A stretch of DNA of 55,325 bases, counting the filler, from Squatina squatina (Eukaryota), in NCBI GenBank assembly GCA_031763465.1. It is 4 parts of 4 records of this genome, joined end to end, with 100 filler letters (N's around TTAATTAATTAA, not from the genome) between each part and the next. Parts side by side here need not be neighbours in the genome. Positions count along the whole stretch, not along the records: positions 14,548 to 29,314 come from JARFOE010000234.1; positions 29,415 to 41,766 come from JARFOE010000080.1; 2 more parts are not named here. One strand, written 5' to 3'. The position numbers and the translations under genes were made by a program. Below the pieces are notes generated by a model. That model had not been told where the DNA came from. It did not search any database and saw only the letters and a list, made by a program, of their open reading frames with translations. Positions 26,380 through 37,545 of this stretch are shown here, in pieces. Within the stretch, counting starts at the first letter, position 1; every line of letters begins with the position of its first letter.

Positions 26380-26657
26380 GTGTTCCTGAAGAAAGAAGCT
26401 GAAGAGGAGGGTTTTCAGTGGTTAGAGTTAAGTGGCAAAGACCCACGGCTGGCTGGAATGGATGGTCTTTCTGGCACAGAAATACCTTTGCACTACATTG
26501 TCAAGCTACAGAATCATGCCATCCACCTGGTGGTGTTTTATGAAAGGAGTGGTAACTTCCTCTGGCACGGGCAGCTGCGGCTGAAGCAAAATGCAGACAA
26601 AAAATTTGTGCATTTCCGAAAATTGCATTTTGGGCGTTACCCTGGAGCCTACAACAA
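26380..26657 (+). CDS. FKTN: Fukutin internal exon
   Basis: cactaag acceptor and gtaagt donor, 278 nt; [45 protein letters not shown]...[13 protein letters not shown]. Confidence 0.95.
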
Positions 26658-26774
26658 GTAAGTGTGAACAAAGTGATCCGAGACTTGTAAGAGATGTGCT
26701 GCTGGTCGAAGTGAAGATCTATTGGTAAAACTCAGCATAACCCCTGTAGTTACTCAGTTTATTGTTTTTTTCAA

Positions 26775-26880
26775 TTGAAAGAAAGAAAGGACTTGCATCT
26801 GTATAGCACCTTACACAACCTCAGGACGTCCCACAGCGCTTTACAGTCAATGAAGCACTTTTTGAAGTGTGGTCACTGAG
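26775..26880 (-). mobile_element. SacSINE1/L2-type 3' tail; further copies at ~29415-29490, 32375-32465, 42730-42880 and 51009-51210
   Basis: gaaagaaagaaaggacttgcatctgtatagcaccttacacaacctcaggacgtcccacagcgctttacag. Confidence 0.75.
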
Positions 26881-28214
26881 AGGCCTAGCTGAGGGCCAAA
26901 GAACATAAGTGAAGATCACCATTAAAATTTGAAAAGAGTTGGAGATAAATCTGTTTAAATCCCAACAATTAGTGATTAGGTTACTGACACAGAAGAGGGG
27001 TTAAGGAAGGAATGGCAATCACCTCAGGACATCGTTTTGGTACTTGGTAGCAACTATGCAATGCAATAAAAATACTACAGGCAATCTTAGGTGATTTATT
27101 TGGACTGGTTTGTATTTTTTTTTTAGTCTTGTGATGGTATTTGACCTAAAACAGCTGAGAAACAGAATGCAGACAAGCATAATAACAAATTATAAATTGA
27201 TTTTTCCACTCAGTCTATGTGGCTTTATTGTTTGAAACTGTATCATCTGTAACAGGACCATTGATTTATGGTGAATAAATAAATCACATTTTATATTTAT
27301 TATGTGGGATTCTGGGGTTTTTAAACTGGCATTGTGGGGATTCCATTCATTCTTCCACGAAACCTGCCAACCAGTACCCTTGATTAGAGGTTTTCAGATG
27401 TACAGTATTCAGAGCACTCCTAACTTGCTGGACTTTAGCCCAGGTTTTCTAATTAGCATAATTTAAAGACCAATGGCAACACATTTATTTGAAATGTGTT
27501 CAATAATGCCAATCAGAAACGCTAGAATTTAGACCCATTCTCTGGAATAAATTCACTCTTGGGATCATCAAATGTTCAGCAACTCAAACTTTTATCAGTC
27601 AGCATTAGAGTATCACCTTTACTTCTTTGAGCAATGTCTATTAAAACTGTTCCACTGGTATGTTCTGTACGAGGTAAATTAAACAGTTCTGCAAAAATTC
27701 AGGGACTAAGCCAATAATCGATACAGAACTGCAACTCTGACATTTTCCACCTATAATCTTCGTATTTAATTTTAAGTCATAATTTAAAACCAATAATTTA
27801 CTTATTACGGAGAAGGAGTTTTTTTGTGGGTGGGGAGGNNNNNNNNNNNNNNNNNNNNNNNNNNNNNNNNNNNNNNNNNNNNNNNNNNNNNNNNNNNNNN
27901 NNNNNNNNNNNNNNNNNNNNNNNNNNNNNNNNNNNNNNTAGAGGAGCGCAGACATCTCGGAGGGTTATCGGACTGAAGGAGGTTACAAGGATATGCAAAA
28001 TACTGGTGGCTGGTGTGCGCGCTTAAGTCAAAATGGTTGATTCACAGAGAACAATGACTGCTGGAGCATTGTATTGTATTTTAAACGTGAAAGTTAGTTT
28101 TCAAAACTGAATGAAAATAAATGCTGATTTTATAATTTTATGCAAAGTATCGTACTGCTATTACTACGTTTACTTAATCTGGTTTCGTTTTTTCTTACCG
28201 AATGGTTTTTGTAG

Positions 28215-28428
28215 ATACATATTTCCTAAATTTACCCTGTGCTGGACTGAATTCCTAGAACTGAAAGTACGAGTCCCCTGTAAAACACTTGCATACGTGG
28301 AAGCAAACTATGGCAAGAACTGGGAAATTCCTGTAACCAGCTGGGATTGGAAAAGCTCGCCATCTAACGTGCAAGAAAATGGTGTTTGGCCTCCTGGGGA
28401 CTGGGATGAAGTCATCCAGATACACTGA
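28215..28428 (+). CDS. FKTN: Fukutin terminal coding exon
   Basis: tttgtag acceptor; [22 protein letters not shown]...[39 protein letters not shown]. Confidence 0.95.
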
Positions 28429-28769
28429 GTATGGCTGAAACTAAAGGGAGGGGGCAGGGGGGGTGTTAACAGAGGAACATTGATGTGACGAATGAAGCAT
28501 AACTATATGGAAAAGGGGACCTCAATGTTTAATTATCTCTGGTGGGAGAATTACTGATCGCTAAATATAAGGGTGTGCAATTGGAGCTGCACTGCCTGAT
28601 CAGGTGAAGGCTGTCTACTGGCGTCAATAGTGGTAAAGATTTCATTNNNNNNNNNNNNNNNNNNNNNNNNNNNNNNNNNNNNNNNNNNNNNNNNNNNNNN
28701 NNNNNNNNNNNNNNNNNNNNNNNNNNNNNNNNNNNNNNNNNNNNNNCAACCTATTGTGCCCACTCTCTC

Positions 28770-29297
28770 CTTCTTAGAGAGTCCCTCGAGGTCGAGGATG
28801 ATTTGCTTCCACTCCAGAGTTGTGGGTTCTGAGGTGACTGAGTGGTCCTATACTGGATCTGCAAACACTGCCACAGGTGGGGCAGGTGGTGTTTGATTGG
28901 GCGAGTGGATGGGATGCTCGGGTTTCCAGCCGCTCCTTCCGCTGCCAGCGCTTGGCCTCCACATGCTCCCGCTGGAGAAGCTCAAAGTGGTTGGCGCCTT
29001 CGCGGATGCTCCTCCTCCAATTCGTTGGTCTTGGGCCAGAGATTCCCATGAGTCGGTGGGGATGTTACATTTTTTCAGGGAGGCTTTGCGGACATCCTTG
29101 AAGTGTTTCCTCTGCCCTCCTGGTAATCGCTTGCCGTGATGAAGCTTGGAGTAGAGTGCTTGTTTCGGGAGTCTTGTACCAAGCAGGTGGATGATGTGAC
29201 CCGCCCATCGCAGCTGATTGAGCATGACCAGTGCTGGGGATGTTGGCCTGAGAGAGGACACTGATATTGGTACGCCTATCCTACCAGTGGATTTGCA
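28770..29297 (-). mobile_element. RTE-clade LINE 3' end with C-terminal C2H2 finger, frameshifted
   Basis: QLRWAGHI..LPKQALYSKLHHGKRLPGGQRKHFKD..KASLKKCNIPTDSWESLAQD / CPTCGSVCRSSIGPLSHLRTH. Confidence 0.88.
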
Positions 29298-29314
29298 CCC
29301 ACTACTTACTTACT

Positions 29315-29414
29315 NNNNNNNNNNNNNNNNNNNNNNNNNNNNNNNNNNNNNNNNNNNNTTAATTAATTAANNNNNNNNNNNNNNNNNNNNNNNNNNNNNN
29401 NNNNNNNNNNNNNN
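29315..29414. other. Artificial scaffold linker
   Basis: TTAATTAATTAA at 29359-29370 flanked by 44 N on each side. Confidence 0.95.
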
Positions 29415-30643
29415 GTAATTCATTGGCTATAAAGCGCTTTGAGACATGCGGTGGTCGTGAAAAGCGCTACAGAAATGCAGGTTTTTCTTTCCTTTCGCTC
29501 TCCACAGATGCTGCCTGACCTGCTGAGTGTTTCCAGTATTTGTTGTTATTGCAGTTACTACGGAGTCTGGCTAGTTCTAAGTGCTGTCTAGGTGCATCAG
29601 CAGGAGACTGAGAGCCATGAGGGCAGGAGCATCGGATTCAACTGAGACACAAATTCCTTCTATGAATTGGTCAAATTTAATACGAAAAACCTAAATTACG
29701 TTATATCGAGATCTCCAATATATTAAATTTCAATTAAGACTCCGCGGTGTTTGCATAAGGCTATTTGTATCTCTTCCATATATGTAAAGCTTCCTATTTT
29801 TCTCTCTTTCCTCAAAGCTCGTGGATTTGCAGTGGAAGCTGGGAATGGCAGTCAGTTCTGACAGCTGCAGATCTCTAAACTACCCCTATGTAACCATGGT
29901 GCTGAAAGTAGCTGACCCCTCGGGAGAAATAATCAGCAGATCGTTCGAAATGACCATCCCTCAGTTTCAGGTCAGTTGCTCGACTTTTAATTCATAAAAG
30001 AAAGAGGCAAATTGCACAAAGATCTTTATTCTTCTGAAAAGGAAATCAAGTCTGGCATTGGNNNNNNNNNNNNNNNNNNNNNNNNNNNNNNNNNNNNNNN
30101 NNNNNNNNNNNNNNNNNNNNNNNNNNNNNNNNNNNNNNNNNNNNNNNNNNNNNNNNNNNNNATGTTGAGTGAACAGGCTGCAAGAAGCAGGATTTATTCC
30201 CTCAGTCCCCAAACCTTGCTTTCAATATCAACATCATAATTTCTGGAGGGCACGAGAGGTTTGGTTGTGATTCGTGGTTGGAATTTTGCTCATTAATTGG
30301 ATCAAAATCGAAAGGATACTGACGTTTGCGGAGCGTAATGTAATCGGAAACAATGTTGCTTGAAGTGCTTGACTGAAGAGATAGCAAACATTGATAATAC
30401 AGCGACTGGTGGAAGAACATTGGCCAGTGAATATATATCAGGTAAAAGTTAGCTTGCATGCTGTGACAGTGATCGGACTTACCAGCACTGCAAAGCAAAT
30501 GGTCTGGGGATCTGGGAAGCTATTAGTGACGAGATCCTCTCACGTGTCGTTCTTGAGCTGCTGAAGCTCCAACTCACCCGAGTGCAAGGATAAGGAAGAA
30601 ATCAGCTGTACCGTTGCAAAGCTGATCCTGCCAGCCAGTAGGA

Positions 30644-30858
30644 ATGGAGGAGGACAAGAGCAACCAACCACAGCCGGAGGAAAAGAACAAACTCGAGAAG
30701 AGGTTTACCTTGTGGTACATGGGCTGGTCCACCCTGGACCGGAGGACCACCCTGCCCATGTTACCCTGGCTGATGGCAGAGATCCGCAGGCGCTGCGAGA
30801 AGCAAGAGCCAGGGTCGTCCTTGGCGGCACGGGAGGTTCTCCTCATCCTCATTCCGCC
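30644..30858 (+). CDS. TBC1D4: TBC1D4/AS160 coding exon 1 (start of PTB1), truncated at an L2 junction
   Basis: [32 protein letters not shown]...AAREVLLIL matches the AS160 N-terminus. Confidence 0.88.
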
Positions 30859-31300
30859 TCTGTGCTGCCTTTACCATGGCCAACCACAGCTCCTCCTCCA
30901 ACACATTTCCTTCATTGCCTTGCTCAGTGGAATTGCCCTTACTTGGTTCCACTCTGACCTATCCATTTGTAGCCAGAGCATCCTCAGCACTAGATTCTCC
31001 TCTCATTCTTTCACCATTACTTCTGGAGTGCCCTAAGGATCAATCCTTGGCCCCTCCTTTTCCTCATCTGTGCACTTCTTCTTGCTGACAGCAGCCACAT
31101 GGATTAGTTCTCCAACATACAATATCAATATGCAGCTCTGCCTCTCCACCACCCGTCTCAACCCCTCAACTGCCTTTGTGTTGTCAGACTGCTTGTACAA
31201 TATCCACTCAGATATGCCACAGTTTCATCCTGTTAAGCACTGGGCAGATCAAACCCATCGACTTTGCCCCCATCAAAAGCCCTGTAACCTTACCACCAAT
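30857..31300 (+). mobile_element. Decayed L2-clade LINE RT fragment
   Basis: [10 protein letters not shown] (LSAAFDTVDH-like), [18 protein letters not shown]...ITSGVP*GSILGP, with frameshift and stop. Confidence 0.8.
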
Positions 31301-31409
31301 TCCAACAACGGGTTTCTCTCTCTTTTAAGGTATTCCACAATAAGTGTAATAATTTACCATGAAGAAGGGGTTTACCATCACTGGAACAATATGCATTCCT
31401 GTGGTATAG

Positions 31410-31970
31410 GGGCATTCATAGCAAGAGGATTTGAGTATAGGAGCAGGGAGGTCCTACTGCAGTTGTACAGGGCCTTGGTGAGACCACNNNNNNNNNNNNN
31501 NNNNNNNNNNNNNNNNNNNNNNNNNNNNNNNNNNNNNNNNNNNNNNNNNNNNNNNNNNNNNNNNNNNNNNNNNNNNNNNNNNNNNNNACCAATGCATCCA
31601 CTATCTCTGTAGCCACTTCTTTTAGGATCCTAGGATGTAAGCCATACGGGCCAGGGGACTTATCAGCCTTTAGCCCCATTAGTTTGCCTAGTACTATTTC
31701 TCAAGTAATGGCGATGGTATTTAATTCCTCCCCCGCCTTATTTACTATTAATGGGGATTTTCGTTGTACCTTCCACCGTAAAGACTGATGCAAAGTATCT
31801 GTTTAACTCCTCTGCCATTTCCTTGTTCCCCATAACTATTTCCCCAGCTTCATTCTCTAAGGGGTTTACGTTCACTTTGACCTCTCTCTTCCTTTTGATA
31901 TACTTTAAAAAATTCTTATTGTCTGTTTTTATATTCCTCGCTAGTTTGCCCTCATATTTCATCTTCTCTC
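31410..31970. mobile_element. CR1 ORF2 fragments (+ strand 31410-31487; - strand 31588-31970)
   Basis: FIARGFEYRSREVLLQLYRALVRPH; YEGKLARNIKTDNKNFLKYIKRKR...LNRYFASVFT, KADKSPGPYGLHPRILKE. Confidence 0.85.
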
Positions 31971-33339
31971 ACTTGGAATCATTGCCCTTGATTTTCTCTG
32001 TTCCTTTATTACATATTCCAGATCAATCTAGGTGCAAGCATCGCAAATCTGTTATCATTGCAGTACAAGTTCTTCAAAATCACATTCTAAACAAATCAAA
32101 TCTTAGTAAACCTCGGTCACGGCCTGACAAAAATCAAGCAAAAATAAAAAAACCTTTTTCAAAGTACCTTTTTGGAAAATAAAAATGCATATTTTGTTTT
32201 ATAAACAATTGCAGTAGATGGTTAGGCTTTTGTGTGATGAGCCTAACATAAGGCTTGTCTTTGGACGCTAGCAGAGCGGAAAAGCTATACATCTGTGCAG
32301 GCAGGCATCTTATTGAATAAGAATGCAGTCCGGTAGGTGAGTAGGTGAGATGGGAAGATTAACTCGCTGAGCCAGTGAAAGAAAGAAAAAAACAAAAGAC
32401 TTGCATTTACATCGCGCATTTCACGACCTCAGGACGTCTCAAAGTGCTTTACAGCCCATGAAGTACAAGTGAGAAGAAAAAATGCTCATCTGCTGAATTT
32501 CCTTGCTGTCCTTTTTTGTGTACTGCTTCCCCCACCCGCACATATCAGAACATCACCTACGCTGTATCTGGAACTTCACACAACCGGAACATATAGAGTA
32601 CGTTGAGGCATTTGTAAACTGGGTGATGGGTCAAAGCATCACGATCCCCTTTCATTGATCAAAAGCAGTGCGCATTTTAAGTGACTACCCTCTGCCCTAC
32701 CTCGCCGCACAGAAGGAGTTGGTTTATGTATTCGATCCACCAACCATGGTGACATATTTGCAGGCTTGCAGATGTGGTAATATTTGATTGCATCAGTCAT
32801 TTGTCATGGCCATGTTTAAGATTTGCAGATCTGTGGGGCTGGCTGACTTCAGTGTCCACTTGCTGGTGATTTCATGCGTATTTTTAGAGTGTTTTTCTAG
32901 TCCCGTATGAGAGTTAATTACAGCTCAGGTTTCCTGGGCATTAGTCAGAGTACAATAGCTTTTAAATGAATACAGATTCCTGAGAGCCAAAGGGGCCCGG
33001 GTGACATCATGCTTAAAAGCTATAAATCAATCTGGTGTATCTGCGGCTCCACTGAGCTGTGTATGCAGCAAGCCCTTCTCACTTTCATCAGCTGGGATAT
33101 ATCAAAGCTGCTTTGATCAATACCTTACAGCTTGTAAACTCCAGACTATAGACAAATGGCAGTAATTAGCACACCGTGGATCAGAGACAGTTGAGGATGG
33201 AGGCTGAACAATGGCCCACTATTGTTATAGGGGCAAATTGTACACTGATACTATATACACGCATATGTATGTTTGGAGGTGGATCATTAAAAGTCAAAGT
33301 TGCAATGCAGTGAACGCTTAGCGCTTATTGGTGTTGGGA

Positions 33340-33580
33340 TGTTTCCTTGATCCTGGAGTTTGGACGTGTTCCCTGATCCCGGAGTCAGGGCTGCACATGC
33401 GCAATTGAGTGAGCACAAGGAACCGGAACGTTCGGTGAAAAACTGGGACTATCCTGGCAAAAACTGGGATGTCTGGTCACCCTAGAAGTATTCCCTGATC
33501 CTGGAGTTTGGAAGTGTTCCTTGATCCTGGAGTTGGGACATGTTCCCTGTTCCTGGAGTTGGGACATGTTCTCTGATCCC
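33340..33580. repeat. 26-bp minisatellite (~5.5 units) interrupted by a hAT-like terminus
   Basis: Unit TGTTCCYTGATCCTGGAGTTKGGACA; the insert ends CTGGTCACCCTA (reverse complement TAGGGTGACCAG). Confidence 0.75.
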
Positions 33581-33831
33581 TCTCACTGTACCTGTCTGCT
33601 GTGCTGTGTACTGGACTTGGTCTCACAGGTCATTATCTCCTCATCAGAGTTATTAGGAAAGGGAATGTTGCCAAACTTGTAAAGCAAATCACACAACATC
33701 ACGTTGTTGTGAATACATGCATCATGCCATTATGAAGGTCACTGTTTTGCCAAAACATAATTATGCTACTTGCGTACAATGTCATTATGTCATTACTGCT
33801 ACAACAAAACTTGCATTTAAATAGCAGCTTT

Positions 33832-34190
33832 AGAACATAGGAGCATGAGGAGGCCATTTAGCCCCTTGAGCCTGTTCTGCCATTCAGTGAAATCATGGCT
33901 GATCTGTGACCTAACTCCACATCCCTTTAATATCTTTGGTTAACAAAAATCTATCAACCACAGATTCAAAATTAACCAATTGCCATTTGCGGAGGAGAGT
34001 TCCAAACTCTTACCACCATCTGCGTGGAGAAGTGTTTCCTAATTTCACTCCTGAAAGGTCTGGCTCTATGCCCCTAGTCCAAGAATCCCCAACCAGCGGA
34101 CATTTTTTCTATCTACCCTGTGAGTTCTGCTTAATATCTTGAAAATTTTGATCAAGTTCCAGGGAATACAACCTGAGTTTATGTAATCAT
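33832..34190 (-). mobile_element. CR1 3' end
   Basis: agaacataggagcatgaggaggccatttagccccttgagcctg (reverse tail) followed by the ORF2 end. Confidence 0.75.
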
Positions 34191-35279
34191 CCCAAGAAAA
34201 ACATCCGAAGATGCTTTACAGTTAGTTGTAAACAGAAAAAGTATGCATCCACTTTCTTCGTGCTGTTTTCTCTCTTCACGCACTCTCCATCTGAGTCATG
34301 GATCCTCTGAGTTCGAGGTGATGAGCTTAGTGGCCTCCTCACAGTTTTGCACCATTGCAGATCTTTGCTAAATACCAGGAGAAGCACAAGGAGGCAGAAT
34401 ACCATCATGTTGTATGCCTGTCCATCTTCCAAAGCTGCTCAATGAAACTCATTAAGGGTGCAAATTAGCCACTTTGCCATAACAATGCAACCTCGTTTGA
34501 CATATGAATACTTTGAAGTATTCAAACANNNNNNNNNNNNNNNNNNNNNNNNNNNNNNNNNNNNNNNNNNNNNNNNNNNNNNNNNNNNNNNNNNNNNNNN
34601 NNNNNNNNNNNNNNNNNNNNNNNNNNNNGTGCATTGATTATTGACCGTGCAAAGAGGTGCCTCCTGTCTATCCTCAGCATTTTCAATAGCTGTCACGCTC
34701 ATTCGAGCCTATTCGCCCCTGAATCCATTAAGAAAAAAATGAGGCTGCCCTTGTCCGCCTGACAAGCAAATAGCAATGTTTGTCAGAAACTGCGTAATAG
34801 CTGAAGGTTGAACTGAACCAGACAGCGCTGCTCACAGGCAGATCGTATTAATTTTAAAAAAGTACACAGAGTGTGGACGTGAGGACCTGTAAGGAATAAA
34901 CGCCTGTATTAGGAGTCTCCTGGTTACTTGGTTGTCAAAGTATATCAAGCATTCCATGCTGAAGGTCACATAATTAATGTTTAAGTGTGTTTGGAATTTC
35001 ATGGATAGCTCCTGTGCTCTCTAGTTTAAACATACAATGTAAAGCAGCAGACGCTTCCCTTTATCACACAAGCTACTTCAGCAGCACAGACCCCATGCAG
35101 CGTGACTTTGAACTAAATGCACTCAGAAGACACTAATAAACATTCCACATTGCTCTGAATTAACGCGGGTGAATTGGGATTAAGTTACTCAGAAACAGGC
35201 TCCTTCAAAGTACATATGCTGCTGCCTTTACTTGCGTGTAGAGCTACTGGATAGCGGTGTTCTAAGTGCTTTCAAGTTC

Positions 35280-36179
35280 ATTGTAACAGAAATGCTGGCC
35301 CCACGCCGACCCCTTAACGCCCCGCGGGGGACAATGCCCCGTGGGCCGAGAGGCTGACGCGAGCGGATGTCAACGCGAAGCTGGCCGACATCCGCTCGTG
35401 TGGTGGTGTTTAAAGGGGAGGGCGCCACTGCCTGCATCTTTTTTTTGTCTGCTGACTCTCCAGTTGGCCCAACCATGGCTGCCCTAGCGTGGTCTGGGCC
35501 GCCACTGTGCAGCCCGGCACTCCGATTTTGGTGCCAGGCTGCAGGCCCGTTTGCACGTTGCCCTGGTGGCCTAGTGGAGGCCATCAGAGGCCTTGCAAAG
35601 TGTGCCATGGCCATCCCCTTTAATTGAAGGGCGGGGATGTTGAATTATGTCAGCGGTGCTTCCTTCAGCACTCCAGCAACGCCCTGATTACCGCCTCCAA
35701 AGGAAGTGGAGTGCGGGAGGTTGCGCTCTGCTTCCTTTGAGGGGCNNNNNNNNNNNNNNNNNNNNNNNNNNNNNNNNNNNNNNNNNNNNNNNNNNNNNNN
35801 NNNNNNNNNNNNNNNNNNNNNNNNNNNNNNNNNNNNNNNNNNNNNTGTCGGGACGAGGGGACACCGTTCGGGTGGCTGGAGGCCCTCCCCTTAAAGAGAG
35901 GGAGCGCGCCGCATCTAACGCCAGCGTGCCGCGTCTGACGTCGGCGCGCTGCGGCACAGACGCGGTGCCCTGACGTTGCTCGAGTCAGCGCCACGCTGGC
36001 GATGTCAAGGGCCAGGCGCCCCAATGCCGCCCCGGGGGCGAGGCGGACACCGCCCCACCTTGCTCCCGCCGCGGTACAGGGAAAACCGCGGCCAGAGCGG
36101 GAGATCTGGAGCCGGCGGCAAGTGACCCGGCTTCAGAGCCCTACTGCCCCGGAACGTGGCGGCTGGGAATTTCGCCCCC
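35280..36179. mobile_element. GC/CpG-rich non-autonomous DNA-transposon-like sequences (gap-interrupted)
   Basis: Abrupt GC-rich block ending GGGAATTTCGCCCC (reverse complement GGGGCGAAATTCCC), the terminus shared with other MITE copies in this window. Confidence 0.55.
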
Positions 36180-36768
36180 TTTTTATTAAATGAAGCCAAA
36201 GATTTGAATGGCTTTGCAATATGTATATATACATATACAAAATACTGGTGAGATATAATTTTGCTATAAATAGAGCCAGAAATGTGGGCTGACTCTTTGA
36301 ACAGGAAACCAGTGGACTGAATAAACTGGGCTTCAGTATTGAGGCCATGCAGAGTTATGTTATTCATTGTACTTGTTTGGAAGTACTGCTGAATGACATC
36401 ATAATTAAGCAGAGAACATCTGGAGTGTTTGTTTCTTCCTTTCTTATTTTAAATTTCCAACTGTCAATTCCTTCCCACAACTGCAATTCTAACCAGGGAA
36501 CCACAAAACCAAATCAGTTCAGTTCAGAGAAAGATATTTTTATCACCGAGAGCTCCTGCGCATGGTGTTTCACTTGGTTTTGCCTCCGGGAGTTCACAAT
36601 GCCTCCGCTCTCGCACTGGATTAAAAAGGTACCAGCTAATTTGATAAGTAAGACTTTCAAAATAACCGNNNNNNNNNNNNNNNNNNNNNNNNNNNNNNNN
36701 NNNNNNNNNNNNNNNNNNNNNNNNNNNNNNNNNNNNNNNNNNNNNNNNNNNNNNNNNNNNNNNNNNNN

Positions 36769-37145
36769 AGCGCCGTGAACGTAATAAACCGTCATAGGGT
36801 GCTTCACAGGAGTGTTATGGCCAAAATTTGACCCCGAGCCCCATAAGGAGATATCAGGACAGGCGACCAAAAGCTCGGTCACAGAGGTCGGTTTTAACGA
36901 GCGCCTTAAAGGAGGAGAGAGAGGCGGAGAGGTTTAGGGAGGGAATTCCAGAACTCAGGGCCCCAGGCAGCCGAAGGCACGGCCACCAATGTTGCAGCGA
37001 TTATAATCGGGGGATGCGCAAGAGGCCAGAATTGGAGGAGCGCAGAGATCTTGGGAGGGCTGTAGGGCTGGAGGAGATTACAGAGATAGGAGGGGGTGAG
37101 GCCATGGAGAGATTTGAAAACGAGGATGAGAATTTTAAAATCAAT
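36769..37145 (-). mobile_element. L2 LINE 3' end
   Basis: DFKILILVFKSLHGLTPSYLCNLLQPY...WNSLPKPLRLS plus L2 tail. Confidence 0.85.
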
Positions 37146-37189
37146 TTTAAAAGAACAAGGGACCATGCCTTAAAATTAGAGCCAGGCCG

Positions 37190-37310
37190 TTTATCTGCCC
37201 TAATATCACCTTATGTGACTCGGTGTCAAATTTTGTTCGATGACGCTCCTGTGAAGCGCCTTGGGACGTTTTACTACATTAACGGTGATATATAAATACA
37301 AGTTGTTGTT
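37190..37310 (+). mobile_element. L2 3' tail, inverted relative to 36769-36862
   Basis: CTCCTGTGAAGCGCCTTGGGACGTTTTACTACATTAA..TATATAAATACAAGTTGTTGTT. Confidence 0.75.
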
Positions 37311-37412
37311 ATAGTAAAAAAAAAATGTTAACGGTTAGATGGTTTGTGTTGTTTCCTGAGCAGTAGAGACTTGCTTTGTGCAGTGATTCTTTTGAACTGT
37401 ACCCCTTGACAG

Positions 37413-37545
37413 GTGGATGAAGTCATGCTGACCTTGAAGCAGGCCTTCAGCACTGCTGCTGCCTTGCAAAACGCTAAGACTCAGATTAAACTGTGCGAGG
37501 CGTGTCCCATGCATTACTTGCATAAACTGTGTGAACGGATTGAAG
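37413..37545 (+). CDS. TBC1D4: TBC1D4 internal exon (end of PTB2)
   Basis: gacag acceptor and gtaaat donor, 133 nt; [45 protein letters not shown]. Confidence 0.95.

Noticed and set aside
33340-33580. CRISPR-like repeat array
   Set aside because: Units are head-to-tail without unique spacers, the context is vertebrate, and there are no cas genes
34187-34432. Antisense ORF with a signal-peptide-like hydrophobic stretch (VFCLLVLLLVFS)
   Set aside because: No recognisable family, no good donor, and it ends in repeat-derived sequence; compatible with chance
35228-36367. GC-rich ORFs or a CpG-island promoter
   Set aside because: Overlapping ORFs on both strands with no homology, bounded by a MITE-type terminus
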